The notes under the pieces: generated by a model
The model's input: the letters and a program-made list of their open reading frames with translations, nothing else
The model's database searches: none
What the model was told of the DNA's origin: nothing
NCBI RefSeq assembly: GCF_000026545.1
Contig: NC_011601.1
Strand: one strand, 5' to 3'
Length of the DNA stretch: 64,000 nucleotides
From: Escherichia coli O127:H6 str. E2348/69
GTDB lineage: Bacteria > Pseudomonadota > Gammaproteobacteria > Enterobacterales > Enterobacteriaceae
In this document: piece by piece, positions 9,521-17,919 of the stretch
Layout of the letters: the number at the start of each line of letters is the position of its first letter
Numbering within the stretch: position 1 is the stretch's first letter
Made by a program: the position numbers and the translations under genes

Positions 9521-11593
9521 TTATTGTGTGTAAATGTCTCCCTTTAAAAAGTCTGGCCAGTTTTTTTCAAAGTAAATACCGTTAATACACGGTTGAATAC
9601 GTAAAGACTTTACTTCGGTAATAAAAGAACCTTGCGAATATTGAATTGTTAATTTGTGATTTTTGTCTTCAGCGAGTTCAGAGCGAAAACGCCATTCTTC
9701 TTTTGCGCCGCGACGAGTTTGTGGTAGGCATTTGCCTTGTGGATCAATAACCATACGCGCCCCACGGCTACCACCACCAGCATCAATATAATGCGTTAAT
9801 TGTGTTAATACCGCGGCAGAAGTCAGCGCCATATGCCGCCACATAAACAGCTCGGCAACTTCACCCACATGTTTGATTGCCAATCCATGCCGTTGCACAA
9901 ATTCACTCAATAGCAGGGCATCACGAGTGGCGCGTCGGACTTTATCGGCATGGCAAATAAATCCCGCATGGTCAGACATTCGTGCCTGAATTTTTTCTCT
10001 CACAACCGACAACGGCATCCCGGTCCCGTTATCGTGCGCCTGAGTAATGATCTCTCTTATAGAAGCCAGTGCCGGAGCTGCCAGCTGTGCAATATCTCCA
10101 TCAATATTCCGCTTTTGCGTGCAACCAATAAAGCGCGCCAGACGAACAGCAAAAACCTGCCCGGCATTCAACGCCGCGCCGCCAGGTCGGGTGACGCCGT
10201 GTGTGCCAGCAACTTCCCCCACCGCAAAACAACCGGGCAGAGATGTTTGTCCCCAGATATCGACTTCAATGCCGCCATTCATGTGCTGATTATTCATGGC
10301 AAACTGCAATGGCTGCGTGATGAGATCGTAACCGTGCATCTTATACAGCGAGATAGACAGAGGATTCATTCGTTGCAGGCGTTCGATGGGCGATGGTGCC
10401 AGAGCGTCGTTATTTTCCAGATACGTGCGAACGTCGTCGTCCAGTCGATCTAATGAGAACGGCAGGTCACCCGGCACAGGTTCAGGATTGCGATTGAAAT
10501 CCATAAATACCTGACGCCCTGATTGCTGCTCTTGCGCCACCGCCATATCTAACAAGCTGGAGCCAAAATCCATTACCCGCGTGGCGTGGAATGGCCACTG
10601 ATAGCCTTTACGGAAGATGTTTGAAGCCAACTCCTGGGTGGTGCGATAGTAATCTGCGAGGAAGTTATACTCGTTGCCCCCAGCATCCACGGAATAGATA
10701 TATGGGATCACCTGTACATAGGTGCCGGACAAATTCCACGGAAACGTGCTGCGCGGTGTGCCGATACCAAACTGGCTTTCAGTCAGATTCGTTAACGTCA
10801 GACCTTCCTCCAGCGCCAGCCCCAGCGAGCCGAAACATTTGTGTGGATACACACTGTCGCGATAAAGCTCGCCAGGCCCGCCTGTTGCCAGTACCACATT
10901 GGGTGCAGTCACAATTGCCAGCCCCCATGGGTTATGGGCGCGATGACCGGTCGCGAGGATTGCCCCCGCCACACGGTCTTCACCGTTTTCGTCACGCTGA
11001 TGCAGCAGTTTAATCACTGTTGCACTGGTCAACATTGGGATAGCAAGACGCTGTACTTCTTCCAGCAGCACTTTCACCATTAACCTTGAGGTACGCGGCC
11101 CACACGAGGTTGCACGCCCGGCTTCGTCGTGGTCGGTTTGATAACGAAGAATCGCGCCATAGCGATCTTCCGGTAATTCCAGACCAAGATATTGCAACCC
11201 GCCAAGAGTGTGCAGAGAACCTACCGCTTCAACATAAGCGGTGTCGTGATCCATCGCCCCACCGCTCGCCAGTGCCTCTGCCAGTTTGGCGAAGTTGTCG
11301 CCGTTGCCCGCGGTAGCGGCGGTAAACAGTGTTTGTTTATCAGAGCCAGAACATGCCGACGTCCCCATATATAACCCGGCGGTGGCGATTAACACATTTT
11401 GCTGGCGGCGTTTAAGTTCCACAGCTGCACGCAGCCCGGCTGCACCACTGCCGACTACCAGGGCATCTGTTTTCCAGAGTGGGTAATCAACACCGTCTAC
11501 CGTGACAACCCATGCGGGGTCTGCCTGTGCAAAACCCTTTGGGAAAGTAACGTGCGTCAGCGCATCAAGGATGGTGTCATCAAGCTGACTCAT
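9521..11593 (-). CDS. FAD-binding oxidoreductase, fumarate reductase/succinate dehydrogenase flavoprotein-like (690 aa)
   Basis: N-terminal dinucleotide-binding motif DALVVGSGAAGLRAAVEL; large size; ATGA overlap with upstream CoA-transferase gene. Confidence 0.65.
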   Translation of the reverse strand: MSQLDDTILDALTHVTFPKGFAQADPAWVVTVDGVDYPLWKTDALVVGSGAAGLRAAVELKRRQQNVLIATAGLYMGTSACSGSDKQTLFTAATAGNGDNFAKLAEALASGGAMDHDTAYVEAVGSLHTLGGLQYLGLELPEDRYGAILRYQTDHDEAGRATSCGPRTSRLMVKVLLEEVQRLAIPMLTSATVIKLLHQRDENGEDRVAGAILATGHRAHNPWGLAIVTAPNVVLATGGPGELYRDSVYPHKCFGSLGLALEEGLTLTNLTESQFGIGTPRSTFPWNLSGTYVQVIPYIYSVDAGGNEYNFLADYYRTTQELASNIFRKGYQWPFHATRVMDFGSSLLDMAVAQEQQSGRQVFMDFNRNPEPVPGDLPFSLDRLDDDVRTYLENNDALAPSPIERLQRMNPLSISLYKMHGYDLITQPLQFAMNNQHMNGGIEVDIWGQTSLPGCFAVGEVAGTHGVTRPGGAALNAGQVFAVRLARFIGCTQKRNIDGDIAQLAAPALASIREIITQAHDNGTGMPLSVVREKIQARMSDHAGFICHADKVRRATRDALLLSEFVQRHGLAIKHVGEVAELFMWRHMALTSAAVLTQLTHYIDAGGGSRGARMVIDPQGKCLPQTRRGAKEEWRFRSELAEDKNHKLTIQYSQGSFITEVKSLRIQPCINGIYFEKNWPDFLKGDIYTQ

Positions 11594-13131
11594 GCATCCT
11601 CCATCGGCGTAAACAGGCTGCTTTCCATCAGACGTGGGTGCCTGATAATCGGACGGAAGGCCATGAATGGCAGAATGTCGCGCTCAATCTCTACGCCAGG
11701 GGCGATCTCAATTAATTCAACGCCTTCTGCCGTTAACTGGAATACCGCACGTTCGGTGATATACAGCACTTCCTGACCGCTTTGCTGTGCGTAGGCGGCG
11801 CTAAAGGTGATTTTTTCCACCAGGGCAACCAATTTAGGGATTTGACCTGACTGGGCGATATGCAAGCCATCTGGCGTTACATCAATCTTGCTGCCTTTGG
11901 CGTCGAACGTACCGCAAAACACCACTTTACGGGCGTTTTGTGCAATTTCGAGAAATCCGCCGGGGCCAATGAGATTGCCATTAAGATGGGATACGTTGAC
12001 GTTACCGTACCGATCCATCTCTCCCATGCCGAGGAAGGTGATATCGATACCGCCGCCACTGTAGAATTCGAATTGATCGAGTGATGGAATAATGGCATCG
12101 GCGTTACGGGCGCAGCCGAACAGAGCATCATCCAGCATCATGCCGTTATGTACACCCTGTTCTACACTCAGCCACAAACTTTGATAAGGCACGCCTTCGC
12201 GCAGCGCAACCCCAGGAATACCGCCGGGAATACCAAAGCCAAAGTTGGTTGAAGCGCCTGCCACCAGTTCCCGCGCTGCCCGACGGGCAATCAGGCGACG
12301 CACCGGATGACTAACCAGTTCAATAGCGTCGTTAGAACTTAGACGGCGATGTTGACCGCTGATGGTCAGGTCGTAACCGCCAAGATAGGTTTGCGGTTGT
12401 TCGCGGTGCTCAACGATGCCATCGACCAGAATTCCTGGTAGCTTGACCCGACGTGGTTCAATGGTACCTGCTTCCAGCACATCGCGGACCTGTACGAACA
12501 CTTTGCCGCCGCTGTTGTGTGCTGCCAGCGCCATCGAATAGCTATCCATATAAATCGCTTCTTCTTCGAGGCTAACGTTGCCTCGTGGATCGGCATAAGT
12601 GCCACGCAAAATCGCGTAATCCACTTTGAAAGGGCGATAACGAAGTTTGGTCTCACCGTCGATTTCAATCAGTTCTACCAGGTCGTCGGTAGTGCATTCA
12701 TTCGACTTACCGCCGCCATTGCGTGGATCAACAAACGATCCCAGCCCAACGTGGGTAAAAAGCCCCGGACGTCCGGCACCGATCTCCCGCAGCAGTGCCT
12801 GAATTACGCCACCAGGGAAACAGTAGGCTTCAATAGCATTGCTTTTCACCAGTTCCTGCATCTTGGGCGACCAGGTAAAATGTCCGGCAATAATGCGTTT
12901 GAGCATTTCGGCGTGAGCAAAACGGTTAGTGCCTTTGCTGTCGCGATCGCCAATACCCAGCGAGTGGATTAATGTCAGATCGCGCGGGTGTCCGGTTTGC
13001 AGGAAACGCGCTTCAATGGCGGCCAGAATATGGTCAGCTTCCACCATACCGCCGCCGTTACCGCTAATGGCAATGGTTGCGCCGTCCTGAATTTGCGCCG
13101 CCAGTGTCTCGGCGGTTGATAACTTACGCAT
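11590..13131 (-). CDS. Family I CoA-transferase (acetyl-CoA hydrolase/transferase, fused alpha/beta, YdiF/Pct-like)
   Basis: 513-aa ORF MRKLSTAETLAAQIQDGATIAISGNGGG... with the glycine-rich CoA-transferase N-terminus and duplicated domain architecture. Confidence 0.7.
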   Translation of the reverse strand: MRKLSTAETLAAQIQDGATIAISGNGGGMVEADHILAAIEARFLQTGHPRDLTLIHSLGIGDRDSKGTNRFAHAEMLKRIIAGHFTWSPKMQELVKSNAIEAYCFPGGVIQALLREIGAGRPGLFTHVGLGSFVDPRNGGGKSNECTTDDLVELIEIDGETKLRYRPFKVDYAILRGTYADPRGNVSLEEEAIYMDSYSMALAAHNSGGKVFVQVRDVLEAGTIEPRRVKLPGILVDGIVEHREQPQTYLGGYDLTISGQHRRLSSNDAIELVSHPVRRLIARRAARELVAGASTNFGFGIPGGIPGVALREGVPYQSLWLSVEQGVHNGMMLDDALFGCARNADAIIPSLDQFEFYSGGGIDITFLGMGEMDRYGNVNVSHLNGNLIGPGGFLEIAQNARKVVFCGTFDAKGSKIDVTPDGLHIAQSGQIPKLVALVEKITFSAAYAQQSGQEVLYITERAVFQLTAEGVELIEIAPGVEIERDILPFMAFRPIIRHPRLMESSLFTPMEDA

Positions 13132-13140
13132 ACAATTTCC

Positions 13141-13923
13141 TTATTGATTGTGGAAGCTCACGCCGGCTTTTTCGGCAAATGCGTGCGTCGCCTGTTGGCA
13201 ATCCTGAGTGGCGGACATTAATCCAGCCAGTAACTGGTGGGAGTAATCGGCGTGTTTATTTTCCAGCGCCAGAATCAGTTGCTTAATATGTGCCAGTGCC
13301 ACCGGACCACATTTTTCCAGCTGCGCTAACTGGTTCACCATCCAGCTTTCCACCTGTTCTTTTTCTACCACTTCATCAATTAAATTCGCTGTCTGAGCTT
13401 CCTGCGCCGTCAGGCGTTTACCCAGCATCAGCATCTGGCGACCGACCACCGGGCCAACCTGATTAAGCACGCGTTCAATGCCCATCCAGCCAGGCACCAT
13501 GCCGAGCATCACTTCCGGGTTAGAGAATTTCGCGCCGGGGCGAGCGATACGAATATCACAGCACAAGGCGAGTTCAATCCCACCGCCAATGGTATGACCG
13601 TTGAGATTTGCAACCGTTAATTGGGGTAAATTGCGCAGGCGATTAAAAACCTCGTTACCGCGTTTAATCCATTTTCTGCCCATATCTAATGGCGAATAGG
13701 CCGACCACGATTTAATATCGCCGCCCGCACAAAAGAATTTATCGCCGGTTGCCGTTAATTCGACTAATCGTAATGTGGTGTCGTTTTCAATTTCATTTAA
13801 ATAATGGTCGAGAGATTCGATCATTTCTTCATTAATAGCATGACATTTATCTTCACGGTTCAATGTCAGGCGGCAAGAAGCCGCCGCTCTGCTGAACAGA
13901 ACGGGTTGGTCATTCATGATCAT
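13141..13923 (-). CDS. Enoyl-CoA hydratase/isomerase (crotonase) family protein
   Basis: 260-aa ORF; ...DKFFCAGGDIKSW... and ...NGHTIGGGIELALCCDIRIA... match the crotonase oxyanion-hole segments. Confidence 0.75.
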   Translation of the reverse strand: MIMNDQPVLFSRAAASCRLTLNREDKCHAINEEMIESLDHYLNEIENDTTLRLVELTATGDKFFCAGGDIKSWSAYSPLDMGRKWIKRGNEVFNRLRNLPQLTVANLNGHTIGGGIELALCCDIRIARPGAKFSNPEVMLGMVPGWMGIERVLNQVGPVVGRQMLMLGKRLTAQEAQTANLIDEVVEKEQVESWMVNQLAQLEKCGPVALAHIKQLILALENKHADYSHQLLAGLMSATQDCQQATHAFAEKAGVSFHNQ

Positions 13924-13926
13924 TCC

Positions 13927-14769
13927 TTAACAATAATGTGCGATGCGATCGACGCTAATATCCAGCGTGCTGTTAATATCTTTCTGCCACCAGTACGGTG
14001 AGAATATTTCCAGTTCAATAGCGCCATTAAATCCGGCGTTTTCAACCAGCCGACGAATTGACGGAATATTGATGACACCATCTCCCGGCATTCCACGGTC
14101 ATTGACCAGATCGGTGGTCGGCACTAACCAGTCGGAAACATGAAACGCGAGGATGCGTTTTCCGGCACGCAGGATCTGACTGGCGAGATCCGGGTCCCAC
14201 CAGACATGGTAGACATCTACCGCCACGCCGAGGCCAAATTCGCCATCGGGATCGAGTTCATCACACCAGTCCAGCGCCTGACGTAACGTGCACAGACAAG
14301 AACGATCGGCAGCAGTCATCGGGTGCAGTGGCTCCAGTGCAATTGGCACGCCGACCTCTTTCGAATGTGGCAGCAACTGGCGAATCCCTTGTTTCACCTG
14401 TTCCCGTGCTTCGTACAGATCTTTTGTTCCCATTGGCAGACCGCCAACCACCTGCATATAACAGGCGGCGTTCAGTACAGCGGCGTCGTCCAGCGCCCGG
14501 CGGTTATCGTCAATCGCCAGTTTGCGCTCCGCCAGCGTCGGTGCGGTGTAGTAGGTGCTACGGCACAAACCGGAAACGTTCATGTTACTGGCAGCAAGCT
14601 GGCGGGCGATTTGCTGGAGATCTTCACTCTGCAACTCCCTGCGCCAGGGGGCAATCGCGCCAATACCGCGTGCGGCGCAGGCATCAATAATGGCGGGTAG
14701 CGGCGTTTTATAGCCCAGTGTCGCGGTATTGATACTGAATAAATCCGGGCGTTGTAACAGATCTCTCAT
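13927..14769 (-). CDS. Sugar-phosphate isomerase/epimerase (xylose isomerase-like TIM barrel) family protein, possibly a dehydratase
   Basis: 280-aa ORF with ...LAFHVSDW... and ...IELEIFS... typical of the AP-endonuclease-2/xylose-isomerase-like fold. Confidence 0.6.
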   Translation of the reverse strand: MRDLLQRPDLFSINTATLGYKTPLPAIIDACAARGIGAIAPWRRELQSEDLQQIARQLAASNMNVSGLCRSTYYTAPTLAERKLAIDDNRRALDDAAVLNAACYMQVVGGLPMGTKDLYEAREQVKQGIRQLLPHSKEVGVPIALEPLHPMTAADRSCLCTLRQALDWCDELDPDGEFGLGVAVDVYHVWWDPDLASQILRAGKRILAFHVSDWLVPTTDLVNDRGMPGDGVINIPSIRRLVENAGFNGAIELEIFSPYWWQKDINSTLDISVDRIAHYC

Positions 14770-14778
14770 GATTCAGCC

Positions 14779-15570
14779 TCAGAAGCGCGGCATACTTAAG
14801 CCGCCGTCGATGGCGACCGCCTGACCACAGGTGTAAATCAGTTTACCTTCCGCCATCGCGCGGACAGTGGAAGCAATATCAGCCGGATAACCCCAACGTC
14901 CCCACGGCACCAGACCTTTGGCAATCAGTTCGTCGTAATAGGCCGTTGCCGGAATAGTCATATCGGTTTTGATGAGACCAGGACGCACTTCATATACGCC
15001 AATTTGTTCATTACAAAGGCGAGCAGCAAACAGACGAGCAGCGGCAGAGACGGCAGTTTTGGCAATGGTATATTCGCCGCGATTCATCGCCAGCATGATG
15101 GCGTTGATGGAACTGACAAAAATAATCGAGCGGTGCGGCAGTTCTGCTTCCGGTTTCGGCTGTGCCAGTAAGCGCTTACTGAATGCCTGAGCAAGGAAGA
15201 ACGGTGCGCGGGTGTTAATGGCAATATTTTGGTCGAAGCTGTCTGGTTCGAGGTCGAGAAGGTCACCGCGTTTTTTCACTGAAATGCCTGCGTTGTTGAG
15301 CAGGCAGTCCAGACGTCCCCACTGGTTTTGCGCTGCGTCGAGCATCTCTTCATGCAGGGAGAGATCGCCCACATCAGCAGGGAAGCAAATCACTTCCACG
15401 CCTTCCGCCAGACATTCTTGTTGTGTGGCATGTAATTTTTCTACGCTATCGGCATCCGGACGATCATTAATCAGCAGATTAAATCCGCCACGCGCAAGCT
15501 CCAGCGCACAGCCTTTTCCAATACCACGTGCGGCTCCGGTAATCACGGCAACAGGACGAGTGGATTTCAT
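14779..15570 (-). CDS. Short-chain dehydrogenase/reductase (SDR)
   Basis: 263-aa ORF; cofactor motif VAVITGAARGIGKG, NNAG, and catalytic Y-x3-K (EYTIAKTAV). Confidence 0.8.
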   Translation of the reverse strand: MKSTRPVAVITGAARGIGKGCALELARGGFNLLINDRPDADSVEKLHATQQECLAEGVEVICFPADVGDLSLHEEMLDAAQNQWGRLDCLLNNAGISVKKRGDLLDLEPDSFDQNIAINTRAPFFLAQAFSKRLLAQPKPEAELPHRSIIFVSSINAIMLAMNRGEYTIAKTAVSAAARLFAARLCNEQIGVYEVRPGLIKTDMTIPATAYYDELIAKGLVPWGRWGYPADIASTVRAMAEGKLIYTCGQAVAIDGGLSMPRF

Positions 15571-15639
15571 ACAATAGCTCTCTTTTTTTTGAATTTTGTT
15601 TCCTTAGTGATGATTAGCTTGCGACTGGAGGGTAAAAAG

Positions 15640-15661
15640 ATCAACCATCTAGTTGGTTGAT
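15640..15661. promoter_or_regulatory. Inverted repeat ATCAACCA-N6-TGGTTGAT in the divergent SDR/TetR intergenic region; candidate TetR operator
   Basis: 8-bp perfect arms read directly; about 70 bp upstream of the SDR start and about 120 bp upstream of the TetR start. Confidence 0.45.
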
Positions 15662-15783
15662 ATGCGATGGCGATCACAGGACATTTGATAACCTGATGAA
15701 AGTACAAGTTTTTGCCCTTTTTTCTGAAGCTGAAATCAAATCAGGTTATGATAGTCACCACGAAGAGGTCGTGGGGAAGCGTT

Positions 15784-16431
15784 ATGTATCTTGATACCAG
15801 CAACGTACAGAGCCTGAAAGAAAAGCTGCTGTTATGCGCGGTTAATGAATTTGCCGAATATGGTTACGAAGGGGCCAGAGTCGATAATATCGTCAAGGCC
15901 GCGGGGTGCAGTAAACAGACGGTTTATCACCACTTTGGTAATAAAGAAAATTTATTTATCGAAGTACTGGAATATACCTGGAACGATATTCGACAAAAAG
16001 AAAAGGCCCTTGATTTCTCAGATCTTCCGCCACAGAAAGCCATTGAGAAAATAATCGATTTTACATGGGATTATTATATTTCTAATCCCTGGTTTTTAAA
16101 AATTGTGCATAGTGAAAATCAAAGTAAGGGTGTGCATTATGCAAAATCACAGCGTCTTTTAGAAATTAACCATGCGCACTTGCAGTTAATGGAATCCTTA
16201 TTGGATGAAGGGAAGAAACAAAATATTTTTAAGCCAGATATCGACCCATTGCAGGTGAATATTAATATTGCTGCGCTTGGGGGATATTATTTGATCAACC
16301 AGCATACGCTTGGCCTGGTTTATCACATCAGTATGGTTTCACCGCAGGCACTGGAAGCCAGACGTAAGGTCATCAAAGAGACAATCCTTAGCTGGCTTTT
16401 GGTTGACCCTTCATCTACCGCGCGCGAATAA
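15784..16431 (+). CDS. TetR/AcrR-family transcriptional regulator
   Basis: Internal ATG of ORF 15712-16431; N-terminal ...[44 protein letters not shown]... is a canonical TetR HTH. Confidence 0.8.
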   Translation: MYLDTSNVQSLKEKLLLCAVNEFAEYGYEGARVDNIVKAAGCSKQTVYHHFGNKENLFIEVLEYTWNDIRQKEKALDFSDLPPQKAIEKIIDFTWDYYISNPWFLKIVHSENQSKGVHYAKSQRLLEINHAHLQLMESLLDEGKKQNIFKPDIDPLQVNINIAALGGYYLINQHTLGLVYHISMVSPQALEARRKVIKETILSWLLVDPSSTARE

Positions 16432-17053
16432 AACTGCCATCCGGCTGGCGGGTAAACAGGACCTGTTGATTATTCCCCGTATCAATGGTTAAGCCCGTCA
16501 CCACGCCGCTGGCGTTCTGGCGGATTTTCACCATCTGCCCGTTTTGCAAATTACTCAGTGGCTTATCCGCGCCTTCTACCTGCGCCATGGCATAGACATC
16601 GGTAGCGGGCAGTCCGTGGTCGCGGAACAGCTGCGCCATCGTTTTACCGGGTTCGACACGATAGGAGCGCCATTGATTATCAATTCCGCTATCTGGCTGG
16701 AATGGTTGCGTATGGGTGGTTTGCGGCTGCTCTTCTGGCTGGCCTTCCTGTATTGGTTCTGGAGCGACCGGAGCCACCTGATCAGGATCATTTTGTGGCG
16801 TGACTAATTGCGCCCGCAGCTGTTCTTCTGTCGGTGGTTGTGATTGCGACTGAATATCTAACTGCGCTTCACGCGTCACCACCGGCGCGTTGGGCGTATC
16901 ATCAGATGGAAGCAGAAATCCGACCACCAATACAATGGCGGCAATAATGATCCCCCGACGATGCATCGGCGGCAGCGGGTCCATGAAGCGAAAATTGTCC
17001 GGCGCGTGCCAGACTTTCTCCAGGGTTGGTTTTAGTTCAAAGCGCCCGGGCAT
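16415..17053 (-). CDS. ytfB: Cell-division protein with OapA/LysM-like C-terminal domain
   Basis: 212-aa product [34 protein letters not shown]... with Pro/Gln-rich linker; 3' end overlaps the TetR gene 3' end. Confidence 0.85.
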   Translation of the reverse strand: MPGRFELKPTLEKVWHAPDNFRFMDPLPPMHRRGIIIAAIVLVVGFLLPSDDTPNAPVVTREAQLDIQSQSQPPTEEQLRAQLVTPQNDPDQVAPVAPEPIQEGQPEEQPQTTHTQPFQPDSGIDNQWRSYRVEPGKTMAQLFRDHGLPATDVYAMAQVEGADKPLSNLQNGQMVKIRQNASGVVTGLTIDTGNNQQVLFTRQPDGSFIRAR

Positions 17054-17270
17054 GGTTTCCTCCTGCTCCGCGTCTTGTTCCTCAATCATAGCCTATGAAT
17101 AAGCTAACGCTATGATGTCCGTGGTAAACCCGCCTTTATTATATTCATACGGGATATTGCTATTGTTTCTTTTTCCCCGGGATTTGTCATCATTCCCGCG
17201 ACAAAGTTTTACCCAAAGAAGTGTGGCTGATATGCTGCCCGCTACTTTATACCCTAAGAAAGGAAATACG

Positions 17271-17891
17271 ATGACCACCCCAACTTTTGACACCATCGAA
17301 GCGCAAGCAAGCTACGGCATTGGTTTGCAGGTAGGGCAACAACTGAGTGAATCTGGCCTGGAAGGGCTGCTGCCAGAAGCACTGGTTGCAGGCATTGCCG
17401 ATGCGCTGGAAGGCAAACATCCGGCTGTTCCGGTTGATGTGGTGCACCGCGCGCTGCGTGAAATCCACGAACGCGCCGATGCCGTTCGTCGTCAGCGTTT
17501 CCAGGCGATGGCTGCTGAAGGTGTGAAATACCTGGAAGAAAACGCCAAAAAAGAAGGTGTAAATAGCACCGAATCTGGCCTGCAATTCCGCGTGATCAAC
17601 CAGGGTGAAGGCGCAATTCCGGCACGTACCGACCGCGTTCGTGTTCATTACACCGGAAAACTGATCGACGGCACCGTGTTTGACAGCTCCGTTGCTCGCG
17701 GCGAGCCAGCTGAATTCCCGGTTAACGGCGTGATCCCTGGCTGGATTGAAGCACTGACTCTGATGCCGGTAGGTTCTAAATGGGAACTGACTATCCCGCA
17801 GGAACTGGCATATGGCGAGCGTGGCGCAGGCGCGTCCATCCCTCCGTTCAGCACCCTGGTGTTTGAAGTCGAACTGCTGGAAATCCTCTAA
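17271..17891 (+). CDS. fklB: FKBP-type peptidyl-prolyl cis-trans isomerase
   Basis: 206-aa product [22 protein letters not shown]...[15 protein letters not shown]...FEVELLEIL. Confidence 0.95.
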
Positions 17892-17919
17892 GCAGCGCAT
17901 TCTGTTCCCCTCGAACCAG

